A stretch of 64,000 bases of DNA from a bacterium (GTDB lineage Bacteria > Actinomycetota > Acidimicrobiia > Spongiisociales > Spongiisociaceae), in NCBI GenBank assembly GCA_028821265.1, contig JAPPGU010000036.1, forward strand, positions 78,681 to 142,680, written 5' to 3'. The translations under genes and the position numbers were made by a program. How positions within the stretch are numbered: position 1 is the stretch's first letter; every line of letters starts with the position of its first letter. The notes beneath the pieces are model-generated. The model made no database searches. It saw only the letters and a list, made by a program, of their open reading frames with translations, and had not been told where the DNA came from. Positions 17,799 to 30,554 of this stretch are shown here, in pieces.

Positions 17799-18934
17799 GG
17801 GCTACCAAGGCAGGTTCTGACCACGTCGATCGCCTGCTCGCATTCGTCCAGGGTGGGTACCAGCGCCAGGCGGATGTGCCCCTCACCGCCAGGGCCGAAC
17901 ACGCGACCGGGAGAGACCACCACGCCGTGTTCCAGGAGGCGCTCGGTAATGGCCACATCATCCTCTACCTTCAACCAGATGTACAAGCCCGCCTCGGATC
18001 CGATCATGGGGTAACCGAGCGCCGCGAACCCTCGAGAGATGATCTCCCGCTTGCGCCGGAACAGGGTACGGCGTTGTTCGACATGGGCATCGTCGTTCCA
18101 GGCGGCGATGGCGGCGGCCTGCGTGAACTCGGGAGGAGCCGTGCCCGTTCCGGTGCGGAGGGATCTGAGCACGGCAATCGCCCGTTCGTCCCCCACGATC
18201 GCTCCGCTCCGGTAGCCGGTCATGCCGCTCCGCTTGGAGAGGCTCAGGTATACGAGCACTCCCTCTGTGCCACCCACTTCGAGCAGGGAAACGGGCGGGT
18301 CGTGGTCGTAGAGATCCACGTAGCACTCGTCGGAGCACAACAACACCTCGTGGCTCTGCCCCCGTTCCCTGAAACGGGCGAGCTCTCCGCGTGAACTGAC
18401 CACGCCCGCCGGATTGTGCGGGCTGTTCAGCCACAACATGCGCGCCCGCTCCCAGGATCGATCCGGGACATCCGAGGCGCGAAACCGGAAGTCGCCCTGC
18501 AGGCGGACGGGGAGGGGTACCGCCCCGGCCAGGCGGGCCCCCCGCTCGTAGATGGGATAACCGGGAGTGGGCCAAACCACCCCATCGCCGGCGTCGCGAT
18601 CAACGAACGCCAGCGCGGTCGAGAAGATGGACTCCTTGGAGCCGGTCGTCGGCAACACCTGGGTGTCAGGATCGACCTCCACGCCGAAGCGGCGACCGGC
18701 ATAGCCGGCGATTGCGCGGCGCAGGGCGGGAAGGCCCATCACGGTGGGGTACTGCGACACCCGTGGGACCGCTTTCTTGAGCGCCTCCGGGATGAAGGGA
18801 GCGGTCGGCTCGCGCGGATCGCCGATCGAGAAGTCGACCAGTGGCCGACCGGCCGCGCGGAGGTGGCGGGCCCGGTCGTGTATGGCCGTAATGGCGTGGG
18901 AGCCGATCTGGTCCAGCACCGGATTCACGCGCAC
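17795..18934 (-). CDS. dapC: Succinyldiaminopimelate aminotransferase (class I/II PLP)
   Basis: FSIGDP, GSKESIF, NSPHNPAG, SDECY, SLSKRSGMTGYRSG; overlaps dapE by 4 nt; GTG 18934 is 6 nt after TACCCT. Confidence 0.88.
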   Translation of the reverse strand: MRVNPVLDQIGSHAITAIHDRARHLRAAGRPLVDFSIGDPREPTAPFIPEALKKAVPRVSQYPTVMGLPALRRAIAGYAGRRFGVEVDPDTQVLPTTGSKESIFSTALAFVDRDAGDGVVWPTPGYPIYERGARLAGAVPLPVRLQGDFRFRASDVPDRSWERARMLWLNSPHNPAGVVSSRGELARFRERGQSHEVLLCSDECYVDLYDHDPPVSLLEVGGTEGVLVYLSLSKRSGMTGYRSGAIVGDERAIAVLRSLRTGTGTAPPEFTQAAAIAAWNDDAHVEQRRTLFRRKREIISRGFAALGYPMIGSEAGLYIWLKVEDDVAITERLLEHGVVVSPGRVFGPGGEGHIRLALVPTLDECEQAIDVVRTCLGSP

Positions 18935-19031
18935 GGGGTCAGGGTAGCGTGATGGCCATGGCAACCCGCTCCGGCCGGCGAACCCCACGGGTGAACCACC
19001 CCATAGAATCCCCTGCCGTGGAGACCCGGAC

Positions 19032-19433
19032 GTGACCGATCGGCGCTACCTCGCCATATTCCTGTTGCTCGGTCTGGCGGCGGTCCTGGTGGTCGTGATG
19101 GGGTTCGTCTTCGGGTCACCGGACACGGGTCGTGAGCCATTGCCTCGTGTGCTCGAGCAGATCTCGCCCCAACCCGGCAGCCAGGTACCGCTCCAGACGC
19201 CCGTCGAGGTGGACGTCCCGGTCGGCTACCGGGTGGAGATCTACATCGACGGCTTCCGGGTGCCCGAGTCGGAGGTACGTTTCGTGGAGGGAACCGGCGT
19301 GCACTCGTGGGCGCCGACCCGTTCCTCGACCATCGTATGGACACCGGGCCCGCACACCGTTCTGGTGAGTTGGCGGAAGCTGAGCGGGCTTCCCGACGAG
19401 GGCCGGTACAGCTGGGAGTTCCGAGTTTTCTAG
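19032..19433 (+). CDS. Membrane-anchored hypothetical protein with probable Ig-like beta domain
   Basis: N-terminal hydrophobic anchor, beta-rich body (PGPHTVLVSW, YSWEFRV); TAGAAT at 19004 and GGAG upstream. Confidence 0.75.
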   Translation: MTDRRYLAIFLLLGLAAVLVVVMGFVFGSPDTGREPLPRVLEQISPQPGSQVPLQTPVEVDVPVGYRVEIYIDGFRVPESEVRFVEGTGVHSWAPTRSSTIVWTPGPHTVLVSWRKLSGLPDEGRYSWEFRVF

Positions 19434-19450
19434 TTGCTAGTTGCTAGTTG
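19430..19450 (+). repeat. Heptamer tandem array (CTAGTTG)x3 with degenerate tail
   Basis: Directly read; begins at the TAG stop of 19032-19433 and degenerates towards the ligA stop. Confidence 0.85.
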
Positions 19451-19456
19451 CTGTTA

Positions 19457-22562
<3,106 letters not shown>

Positions 22563-22566
<4 letters not shown>

Positions 22567-23696
22567 CGCAGGGCGCCTGCTTCGCCGGCGACCAGTCTGG
22601 CCGCGCGGGCTCCTTCACCTTCCCCGGTCGACCACCCGAACGAGAACCGGAGGCACTCCCTGGCCAGGGCGGGGCTCATGCCCATGGCCTCGAGCACGTG
22701 GGAGACCGCGGCCGCGCCCGATTGGCAGGCGGAGGCCGCCGACGCGGCCAGCCCGGCCCGGTCGAGCCGGACGAGCAGCATCTCGTTGCGAACACCGGGA
22801 ATGCGGACGTGGGCGGTCTGGACCATCCGGGGTGCGCCGGCACCGGTGACGACCAGGTCCGGCATCAGCTCGTTCAACGTGGATTCGAAGGCGTCGCGTT
22901 CGCCCATGACCCGGGCGCCGAAGGCACCCCGCTCTTCCTCAAGAGCGGCCATGGCCGCCGCCATCCCGACCACGGCCATCACGTTATGGGTGCCGGAGCG
23001 CCGGCCCAGCTCCTGCCCGCCACCATGGACCAGGGGAACGAGGGGCGTTCCGGACCGGACGTAGAGAAGGCCAACGCCCTTGGGACCTCCGAACTTGTGC
23101 GCGGCGAGAGACAACAGGTCGACACCCAGAACGTCCACATCCACCCGTTCCGACACGTACCCCTGCACGGCATCGGTGTGGACGATGGCCGCGGGATGGG
23201 CCGCCTTGACCCCTGTCACCACCTCCTCGACCGGCAACCGCACGCCGGTTTCGTTGTTGCCCATCATGATCGAGACCACCGCGGTGTCCGCTGACACATG
23301 GGAGGCGACCTCGGCCGGGTCGACGAGGCCATCGGCGGTCACCTTCGCGTAGCTGACCACGGATCCGAAGGAGCTGCAGTGCTCGGCGCTCATGAGGACG
23401 GCGTCGTGTTCCGTGGGCGACGTGACGATGGCGCCGCGGCGGCTGCCCGCGAACGCCCTGCCCTTGATGGCCAGGTTGTCGGCCTCCGATCCACCCCCTG
23501 TGAACACGATCTCGCTCGGGTCGGCATTGATGAGCGAGGCTGCCAGGTCGCGGGAATCCTCGAGGGCGTTCTTGGCGCTCCGGGAGATGGCGTGGCTCCC
23601 TGACGGATTGCCGTAGACGTCGAGACGGAAAGGTTCCATCGCGGCCCACACCTCGGGTCGCAGGGGGGAGGAGGCGGCATGGTCCAGGTAGAGCAT
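22563..23696 (-). CDS. iscS: Cysteine desulfurase (IscS/NifS group I)
   Basis: YLDHAASSP, YGNPSG, HTDAVQ, AHKFGGPKGVG, SAASACQSG (catalytic Cys); coupled to mnmA; ATG 23696 is 7 nt after TGG-CACAAT. Confidence 0.93.
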
Positions 23697-23780
23697 GGTG
23701 GGAATTGTGCCACGACCGGAGCGGAACACGGCACCACCCCGGAGGTATTCGGGTAAATCGAGCCGGACGGGCGGCGTTCT

Positions 23781-23881
23781 AGGAGTGTGCTGAAAAACGT
23801 CCAGTTGGCCGGGGAGCCGGTTACAGGATCCGGTTCAACGCGTGCGGGCCAACCCATCCCCGGCTTTTTCAGCATGCTCCT
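23781..23881 (+). mobile_element. MITE-like inverted-repeat element, family A copy 1 (~101 bp)
   Basis: AGGAGTGTGCTGAAAAA ... TTTTTCAGCATGCTCCT termini with inner TTGGCC/GGCCAA repeat; similar to 36341-36444 and 48749-48851. Confidence 0.8.
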
Positions 23882-25019
23882 ACGAGGAGAGCGCCGCCAT
23901 CAGCTTGGCGATCCGACCCGTGCAGGTCTCGGCCTCGGCCGGGGGGACCAGTTCGAGCAGCCTTCCGGCCACTTCCGTGAAGACCCGGGCCGCAGGACCA
24001 TCTGGTCTGACGACCACCACCGGCTCGCCCCGGTCGGTCCCGGCGCCCAGGGCCGGATCCAGGGGGATCGCTCCGATGAGGGGAACGTTCAGCGAGTCCG
24101 CCAGCGCTTCTCCCCCACCTCGGCCGAACAGCTCGAAGCGCTGCCCGTCCGGAGTCTCGAAGTAGGACATGTTCTCGATCACCGCCACCACCGGCATGGC
24201 GGAGCGGCGAGCCATGTCTGCCACCCTGATCGCCACCTTCTGGGCAGTCAGGGAAGGAGTGGTCACCACGACCATCTCCGACTGGGGAAGCAGGCGTGAC
24301 AGCGCCATCTGGACGTCGCCGGTGCCGGGCGGCAGATCGATGACCAGGTAGTCGAGCTTGCCCCAGGCGACCTGCTGGAGGAACTGCTCCAGCGCCTTGG
24401 AGAGCATCAAGCCCCTCCACATGAGGGCGGTCTCCTCCGACTCGATGATCAGGCCGGTGGACACCACCTCGATGCCGTACGCCTCAACCGGTTGCATGAG
24501 CCTGGTAGCCGGGTCGGCCTCGATCCGGGCGTCGGTCCCCAGCATCCTCGGGATCGAGAACCCCCAGATATCGGCATCGAGCAACCCGACCCGGTAACCC
24601 ACCCGGCCGAGCGCCAGGGCCAGATTGACGGAGACCGAACTCTTGCCGACCCCGCCCTTGCCGCTCCCGACCGCGATCGTCCTGGTGGTGGGCGGCACGC
24701 GGGTGGGTGCTGCGTTCTCCCGGGCGCGGCGGCGAGCCACCTCCATCAGCTCCGAGCGTTGTTTCCGGGTCATGGCCCGGGTCTCGACCACCACCCTTCG
24801 CACTCCGGGGATGGCCTCGATCCTGCGGACGGTGTCGTTCTCGATCTGGCCCCGCATCGGGCACTCGGCGATGGTCAGAGCCAGACCGATGGTCACGACG
24901 CCTTCGTCGAGCACGACCTCGCGCACCATCCCCAGATCGACCACGTCCGAACCCAGTTCAGGGTCCATCACCCCTCGTAGGGCCTCCATGATCCGGTCTT
25001 CGGTCAGGGGATGTGGCAT
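23880..25019 (-). CDS. mrp: Mrp/ApbC (NBP35 family) Fe-S carrier ATPase with N-terminal DUF59 domain
   Basis: VMDPELGSDVVDLGMV and LTIAECP (DUF59), GSGKGGVGKS, DADIWG, DLPPGTGD, ENMSY; start ATG 25019. Confidence 0.94.
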   Translation of the reverse strand: MPHPLTEDRIMEALRGVMDPELGSDVVDLGMVREVVLDEGVVTIGLALTIAECPMRGQIENDTVRRIEAIPGVRRVVVETRAMTRKQRSELMEVARRRARENAAPTRVPPTTRTIAVGSGKGGVGKSSVSVNLALALGRVGYRVGLLDADIWGFSIPRMLGTDARIEADPATRLMQPVEAYGIEVVSTGLIIESEETALMWRGLMLSKALEQFLQQVAWGKLDYLVIDLPPGTGDVQMALSRLLPQSEMVVVTTPSLTAQKVAIRVADMARRSAMPVVAVIENMSYFETPDGQRFELFGRGGGEALADSLNVPLIGAIPLDPALGAGTDRGEPVVVVRPDGPAARVFTEVAGRLLELVPPAEAETCTGRIAKLMAALSS

Positions 25020-25254
25020 GGTCGTCTCCGCGCATCCGTCGGATCGACCCACCTTATCGGCATATCGCAGTTGTCGGCACGCCGGCTCTCCCCGACCTTC
25101 GCCGGCGAACCGGATCACGGAGGGCAACACCGCGCCGCACAGATTCGCCCACTTCCTGCGTCCGATCTCACGGTTGGTTGCCGGCCGCTTGTATAATGCC
25201 TGGGCCGGGCCAATTCCTCGGAATGGCCCGGGACGGTCGATCGGGAGTGCCCGG

Positions 25255-25617
25255 ATGGAACAGCTCGTCAACATCACCACGCGCCGACCGATGAGGGCGG
25301 TCACTCTGACCGACGGAGCGGTTGCCAAGGTGCGTGAGCTGCTGGTCTCCGAGGGGGACCCGGCCCTCGCCCTACGCATGGCCGTCCGCCCCGGAGGATG
25401 CTCCGGATTCTCGTACGAGATGTTCTTCGACTCCGATAGGTCCGACGCCGACGTCGTCGAGGAGTTCGAAGGCGTCGACGTGCTGGTGGACCGCCAGAGC
25501 GTGGACCTGCTGCGCGGCTCGACCCTGGACTACCAGGACGGCCTCATGGGGGCGGGCTTCGCCATCAACAACCCGAACGTCAGCAGGTCGTGCGGCTGCG
25601 GGAATAGCTTTAGCTAG
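25255..25617 (+). CDS. erpA: A-type Fe-S carrier protein (ErpA/IscA/HesB family)
   Basis: PGGCSGFSY, NPN, SCGCGNSF; TATAAT at 25192-25197 upstream. Confidence 0.93.
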   Translation: MEQLVNITTRRPMRAVTLTDGAVAKVRELLVSEGDPALALRMAVRPGGCSGFSYEMFFDSDRSDADVVEEFEGVDVLVDRQSVDLLRGSTLDYQDGLMGAGFAINNPNVSRSCGCGNSFS

Positions 25618-25634
25618 TTGCTAGTCGCTAGTTG
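25614..25634 (+). repeat. Heptamer tandem array CTAGTTG-CTAGTCG-CTAGTTG
   Basis: Directly read; first unit contains the erpA TAG stop. Confidence 0.8.
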
Positions 25635-25743
25635 TCGATGATAACGAGCCGAATGCTGCGAGTTCGTGGGGTGCCGTGGTCGAGTGCCCGAGATCGCCAC
25701 CCGGCGCGGTAGCCTCTGAGCCTCAGGCTACGGAGGCATCGCT

Positions 25744-26136
25744 ATGGCAAAGAGGACTCTTGAAACCCCCAGCGCCCCACCCGCCATCGGTCCGTACACG
25801 GTGGCGATCGAGGCTGCCGGCCTGGTGTTCCTATCGGGTCAGGTGGCGCTCGTGCCGGAAGGTGGGCGAGAGGACGGTGACAGCTCTGCGCAGACCCGCC
25901 AGGTCATGAACAACATCGGCGCCATGCTGGGCGACATCGGCCTCGGTTACGGCGACATCGTCAAAACCACCATCTTCATGGTTGACATCGGGGACTACGC
26001 AGCTATCAACGAGGTGTACGCCGAGTACTTCGATGCCGATCCCCCGGCCCGGTCCGCAGTGCAGGTGTCCGCCCTGCCGGGCGGGTTCCGCGTCGAGATA
26101 GAGATCGTGGCCGCCCGGAGCGGGAACCTGGGCTAA
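25744..26136 (+). CDS. ridA: RidA family reactive imine deaminase
   Basis: APPAIGPYT, FLSGQV, IVKTTIF, PPARSAVQV, VEIE. Confidence 0.93.
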   Translation: MAKRTLETPSAPPAIGPYTVAIEAAGLVFLSGQVALVPEGGREDGDSSAQTRQVMNNIGAMLGDIGLGYGDIVKTTIFMVDIGDYAAINEVYAEYFDADPPARSAVQVSALPGGFRVEIEIVAARSGNLG

Positions 26137-26146
26137 GGCCGGTTCC

Positions 26147-26827
26147 ATGCTGCCGGCAGGCGATGCCGAGGCCTCGGGACATGTGCGACCCGCCTCCTAT
26201 CACGAGAGCGGCACCGTAGAGGCCTGGAACGAGCGGTACGCGACCCGGGGCATGGTTTGGGGAACCGAACCCAACCGGTTCCTGGCCGATTACGCGACCG
26301 GGCTCACCCCTCGCCGGGTTCTCGACCTCGGGTGCGGGCAGGGACGCAACGCGGTGTGGCTGGCCACCCAAGGCCATCGGGTCACCGGGATAGACCTATC
26401 CCCGGTGGCCATCGAGCAGGCCCGCCGGTTGGCGGCCGACCACGCGGTGGAGGTGATCTTCGAGGTGGCGAGCGTGGTGGAGGACTGGACGCCGCCTCCG
26501 GATGCCTTCGACCTGGTCGTTCTGTCGTACCTGCAGCTCCCGTCACATGACCGCCGGGTGGCTCATGCCAAGGCCACTGAGGCCCTCGCCCCCGGGGGGA
26601 CGGTCTGGCTGATCGCCCACCACTCCGACAACATCACGGCCGGGGTGGGAGGGCCCCCGTATCCGGAAGTGCTGTTCAACGAGAGAGCACTCGCCGGCGA
26701 CTTCGTCGACCTGGATCTCCTGAGGAACGAGAAGGTATTCCGCGATGTGGAGGGCGAGGACGGCCTGGTGCGGATAGCCCACGACATACTCCTGGTGGCC
26801 GTCAAACCCGCAGAACCGGACGGATGA
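26147..26827 (+). CDS. Class I SAM-dependent methyltransferase
   Basis: WNERY, EPNRFL, VLDLGCGQGRNAVWLA, GGPP; true start may be slightly downstream. Confidence 0.9.
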   Translation: MLPAGDAEASGHVRPASYHESGTVEAWNERYATRGMVWGTEPNRFLADYATGLTPRRVLDLGCGQGRNAVWLATQGHRVTGIDLSPVAIEQARRLAADHAVEVIFEVASVVEDWTPPPDAFDLVVLSYLQLPSHDRRVAHAKATEALAPGGTVWLIAHHSDNITAGVGGPPYPEVLFNERALAGDFVDLDLLRNEKVFRDVEGEDGLVRIAHDILLVAVKPAEPDG

Positions 26828-27061
26828 ACCGGGTCGCGGTGGATCCGGCGCCATCGCGCATCAAATAGGCCGCGGCCACGCCGGATCGGCATACGACCGG
26901 AACGCGAATGCGTTTCCGATTCAGGCTCGGGCGGACTAGCCTTGCCACGCCACGCCCCGAGATGCCGGGGGTGCGATGATCGCACTGGGGTTGAGGCGGC
27001 CACTCGCCAAGCGGTCTGCTCACCGCGGCATGGGGGATTCCGTTGATGAGAGGATGCTCGT

Positions 27062-28090
27062 ATGGCATACAGGGCTATGTACATCTGGTCGGACGGGACC
27101 GAGCCGACCCCGCTCCTGCGGTCGAAGACCAACGTGCTCAAGGACGGCGAAGAGCCGGGCATCTGGGGCTTCGACGGATCAAGCACCAACCAGGCGCCCG
27201 GAGGCGACTCGGATGTGGTGCTCAGGCCGGTGAAGACCGTTCCCGACCCGATCAGGGGCGGCGACGACATTCTCGTGCTCTCCGAGTGCCTGACGCCCGA
27301 CCTCGAACCCCACCCCACCAATACCCGGGCCGCCTGCGTGGCAGCCTACGAGAAGTACGCCGACTTCAACCCGATCTTCGGATTGGAGCAGGAATACACC
27401 TTCATCACGATGATGGATCCGACGGCCAGCCAGTACTACGGACCCCCGCCGGGGTTCCCGCTCGGCGGGTATCCGGCCCCCCAGGGCCCGTACTACTGCT
27501 CCGTGGGCGCCAATCGCGCCTTCGGGAGGCCCGTGGTGGATGCGCACAGCCAGGCCTGCATCGACGCCGGCCTGTCGATCGAGGGCACCAACGCCGAAGT
27601 GATGCCGGGGCAGTGGGAATACCAGATCGGGCCGCTGCCGCCCGTCGAGGTATCCGACCAGATCCTGATCGCCCGCTGGATGATCGAGCGGATCGCCGAG
27701 GACTACGGCCTCCAGGTGACCCTGCATCCGAAGCCGGTACTGGGTGACTGGAACGGCGCCGGATGCCACACCAACGTCTCGACCCGCCAGATGATGGAGA
27801 GCTACGACGCCGTGATCGCCGCTTGCGAGGCTCTGGGCGCCAACGCGGAGGAGCACGTCAAGAACTACGGCGCCGACATCGAGATGCGGTTGACCGGGGC
27901 GCACGAGACCCAGCGCTACGACCAGTTCAACTATGACGTGTCCGACCGGGGCGCATCGGTGAGGATCCCCTGGACCACCTACAAGAACCAGAAGGGCTAC
28001 ATCGAGGATCGCCGTCCCAACTCGAACTGCGATCCCTACGTGGTTACCCGCCTGATCATGGAGACCATCTGCGGAGCGGCCTCCTCCTGA
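27062..28090 (+). CDS. glnII: Glutamine synthetase type II
   Basis: 342 aa; YIWSDG, LRSKT, WGFDGSSTNQA, PQGPYYCSVG, NAEVMPGQWEYQIG, DWNGAGCH, YIEDRRP. Confidence 0.95.
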   Translation: MAYRAMYIWSDGTEPTPLLRSKTNVLKDGEEPGIWGFDGSSTNQAPGGDSDVVLRPVKTVPDPIRGGDDILVLSECLTPDLEPHPTNTRAACVAAYEKYADFNPIFGLEQEYTFITMMDPTASQYYGPPPGFPLGGYPAPQGPYYCSVGANRAFGRPVVDAHSQACIDAGLSIEGTNAEVMPGQWEYQIGPLPPVEVSDQILIARWMIERIAEDYGLQVTLHPKPVLGDWNGAGCHTNVSTRQMMESYDAVIAACEALGANAEEHVKNYGADIEMRLTGAHETQRYDQFNYDVSDRGASVRIPWTTYKNQKGYIEDRRPNSNCDPYVVTRLIMETICGAASS

Positions 28091-28111
28091 ACCAACCGAC
28101 CCTGTGGTCTG

Positions 28112-28156
28112 AGGCCCGATGCGTGCAGCAATGCGCGCATCGGGCCTTTACTCTTT
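28112..28156 (+). terminator. Intrinsic terminator after glnII (possibly bidirectional)
   Basis: Stem AGGCCCGATGCGTGCA / TGCGCGCATCGGGCCT with 4 nt loop followed by TTACTCTTT; between convergent genes. Confidence 0.75.
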
Positions 28157-28183
28157 CGCACCCTCGCCGGCGGCCGGTAAGGC

Positions 28184-28534
28184 CTACTCGCGGGAGCCGA
28201 CCTTCTCTCTCTCCTTGCCCGGTATTCCGATCAGCGCGCCGGTCAGCAGACCGACGTCCCTGACCAACTGGAGTAGCAAAGCGCCGTGCCTCTCCAGGCG
28301 CTCATCCTGTCGGTCCAGCCGCCCGTCCTGCCGGTCGAACCGCTCATCCTGCTTGGCGAAGCCTTCCCTGATCGCCGCATCTTGGCGGTCGAAGCGCTCG
28401 TTGGTAAGGGCCTTGAACTCATCGAGGCTTCTCTCGATGCTTCGGGCCAGCACGAACACGACCCGCCAGAAGAAAGCGACCGAGATGCCGAACAATCCGA
28501 CGACCACTGCATAGTCCATATTGCTTAACTCCAT
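28184..28534 (-). CDS. Small membrane-anchored coiled-coil protein with RFDRQD heptad repeats
   Basis: One TM helix then ERFDRQD, EGFAKQD, ERFDRQD, GRLDRQD, ERLERHG; ATG 28534 is 7 nt after TACACT. Confidence 0.75.
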   Translation of the reverse strand: MELSNMDYAVVVGLFGISVAFFWRVVFVLARSIERSLDEFKALTNERFDRQDAAIREGFAKQDERFDRQDGRLDRQDERLERHGALLLQLVRDVGLLTGALIGIPGKEREKVGSRE

Positions 28535-28713
28535 TGCTGCCAGTGTAGCCCAGAGCACGGGATGGATGTTGAGCTACACACCCTGCTTCTAGTCATCCCA
28601 CACTCCATATATCGCTATCCGATGATGGTTTCAAGGGGGCTGGTCGGCGAAGCCTCAGTAGTAGCCAGCGTGTCGGGACAGGCAAGGAGTCATCGGGAAC
28701 GTGCCCGGAACTG

Positions 28714-29385
28714 TCAGGCGGCGCCGAAGCCCTGCCGGACGATCTCGCTGATCTGGTCGACCTGTTGTTCGAAGCTGGCCGCTGCGGCCCGGAACTCCAC
28801 CATGGCCGCTCGGCGGTCCTCGCCGGTGTCGGGCGCTCTCAATCCGGTCAGGGCGGCGGCTGCTGCTTCTGCGACTGCGGCCGCCGACTCGTAGACCCGC
28901 TGGTGAGCGTCGGTCAACCCGGCCACGTCCTCTGGGGGCCGGTGGAGCTCCACCGCCTCGCTGAAGACCACGGCGCGCTCGGAGGCAGCGACCATGCCGG
29001 CCTCCGTCTCGGCGAAGGTAACACCGGTCTCATCCCGGTTCTCCCAGGCGTCGTTGACAGCGTTCAACTCCTCGACCAGCGCCGCCAGCGCCGTCTTGTC
29101 CTCGGCCAGGTTGGTGAGGTACACCTCGATCTCGGGCGGCAGGAGGGTCGTAGGAGTGGTGTCTTCGGTCGTCTCGGTCCCGCCATCACCGGCGGATGTG
29201 TCCTCAACGGCCGCCGAGGTTGCGGTCGTGGGCCGAGTAGTGCCCGTTGCACCGGAAGTAATCTCGACGGCAGGCGGCTCCAGACGGTTCACCCAGACCC
29301 AGGTGAACAGGATCATTCCCAGCACTACCAAGGGCAATACCCACCGGCCGGGCCTGGGGTCGGGGTTGGACACCATAGCGAACAA
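28714..29385 (-). CDS. Membrane-anchored hypothetical protein (Thr-rich linker plus helical domain)
   Basis: TM WVLPLVVLGMILFTWVWV, T/S-rich linker, Ala-rich helices. Confidence 0.8.
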   Translation of the reverse strand: MFAMVSNPDPRPGRWVLPLVVLGMILFTWVWVNRLEPPAVEITSGATGTTRPTTATSAAVEDTSAGDGGTETTEDTTPTTLLPPEIEVYLTNLAEDKTALAALVEELNAVNDAWENRDETGVTFAETEAGMVAASERAVVFSEAVELHRPPEDVAGLTDAHQRVYESAAAVAEAAAAALTGLRAPDTGEDRRAAMVEFRAAAASFEQQVDQISEIVRQGFGAA

Positions 29386-29526
29386 CGTTAGTCCGCACGC
29401 GACCGGTTTCCCGGTTATCCCTGGCCAGCGGGTTGTCCGGCGGGGCTGTTAAAGCGGGGATGTGCGGGGTATGTTGTCCGCACGCGCGATGTTCGCCGGC
29501 ACCGGGAGGAACGAAAGGGTCAGCCC

Positions 29527-30312
29527 GTGCCAAACCTTCCACCCGCAACCGACGACCAGGTGAGCGAGCACATGCCTTGGGAGCAGCTCACCATCCCACC
29601 CCAACCCGACCGCAAGATACTGATCTACGGCGTCGCAGCCGGCCTCATCGTCGTGGTGCTGGGCGTGGTCGTCTTCCGGCAGATCAACCGGCCTTCGGCG
29701 CCGGATCTGATGCCGGTCACCCCGATTGCCGTCGCCTCCGAGCCGCTGGCTACCACCACCCTCCCGCCGATGGCTGACCAGGGACAAGCGCCGGCCACGG
29801 TGGCCCTGGCCGAGCCGGAGGTCACCCCCCGGCTCTCGGAGGCCGACCTCATGGCGGTCAACCGGGAAGGTACGGAGCGGACCCTGGCAGGCACCGCCGA
29901 ATGGCTGGTGCTGGAGTTCTTCACCATCGACCCGTCCGAGGTGTGGGCCGATCGGGTGCAGGCCGCTTCCGGCATCCGGCTGCCCGACGGAGTGGCGCCT
30001 GAGCCGTCCAGCGCCGAGACCGTGTCCTATGTGGAATGGACCAGGACCCGATCGGTCACCCAGACCGGACCGGACACCTACCGAGCCCTCGTGCTGATCC
30101 GCCGGCTGGTGGCGCCGGACGGGGCCGGCTTCCGGCGGCTTCCTGTGGAACGGGTGGAAGTGGACCTCCGGGTTGAGGCGGACGGCGAGGTACGCGCCCT
30201 CTCGCTGCCCGAGATCTCGACTCCGACCGAGACGGAGTTACTGCCGCTCCCGGAGACCGAGCTGGCATGGGTGGTGGACTCGGCCGGTATCGGCTGGCCC
30301 GTGACACGTTGA
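29527..30312 (+). CDS. Bitopic membrane protein, weakly TcpC/VirB8-like
   Basis: Single TM, Pro/Thr linker, then AEWLVLEFFT helix and beta-strand-rich C-terminus; family call tentative. Confidence 0.7.
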   Translation: MPNLPPATDDQVSEHMPWEQLTIPPQPDRKILIYGVAAGLIVVVLGVVVFRQINRPSAPDLMPVTPIAVASEPLATTTLPPMADQGQAPATVALAEPEVTPRLSEADLMAVNREGTERTLAGTAEWLVLEFFTIDPSEVWADRVQAASGIRLPDGVAPEPSSAETVSYVEWTRTRSVTQTGPDTYRALVLIRRLVAPDGAGFRRLPVERVEVDLRVEADGEVRALSLPEISTPTETELLPLPETELAWVVDSAGIGWPVTR

Positions 30313-30554
30313 TCGACGGGTTTCCCGATGACGCTAGGCCTGCGGGGACGGTGCGAGTCCGCCCACAGGCGATGCGGAGCGGCCTGTACGGTCGGCTGGT
30401 CACCTCGGCGGTGATACAAGCACTGTTGGGACTCGCATCGGAGGCCTGTTTCTTGCGTTACACACGAGGCCCATCTGTGACCCTGGTCCCCGTATCTGCC
30501 AGGCCGCGCCGGCCAGAAGCCCGACGATCGAGGCCTTCGCGACGGGCCAGTCGG

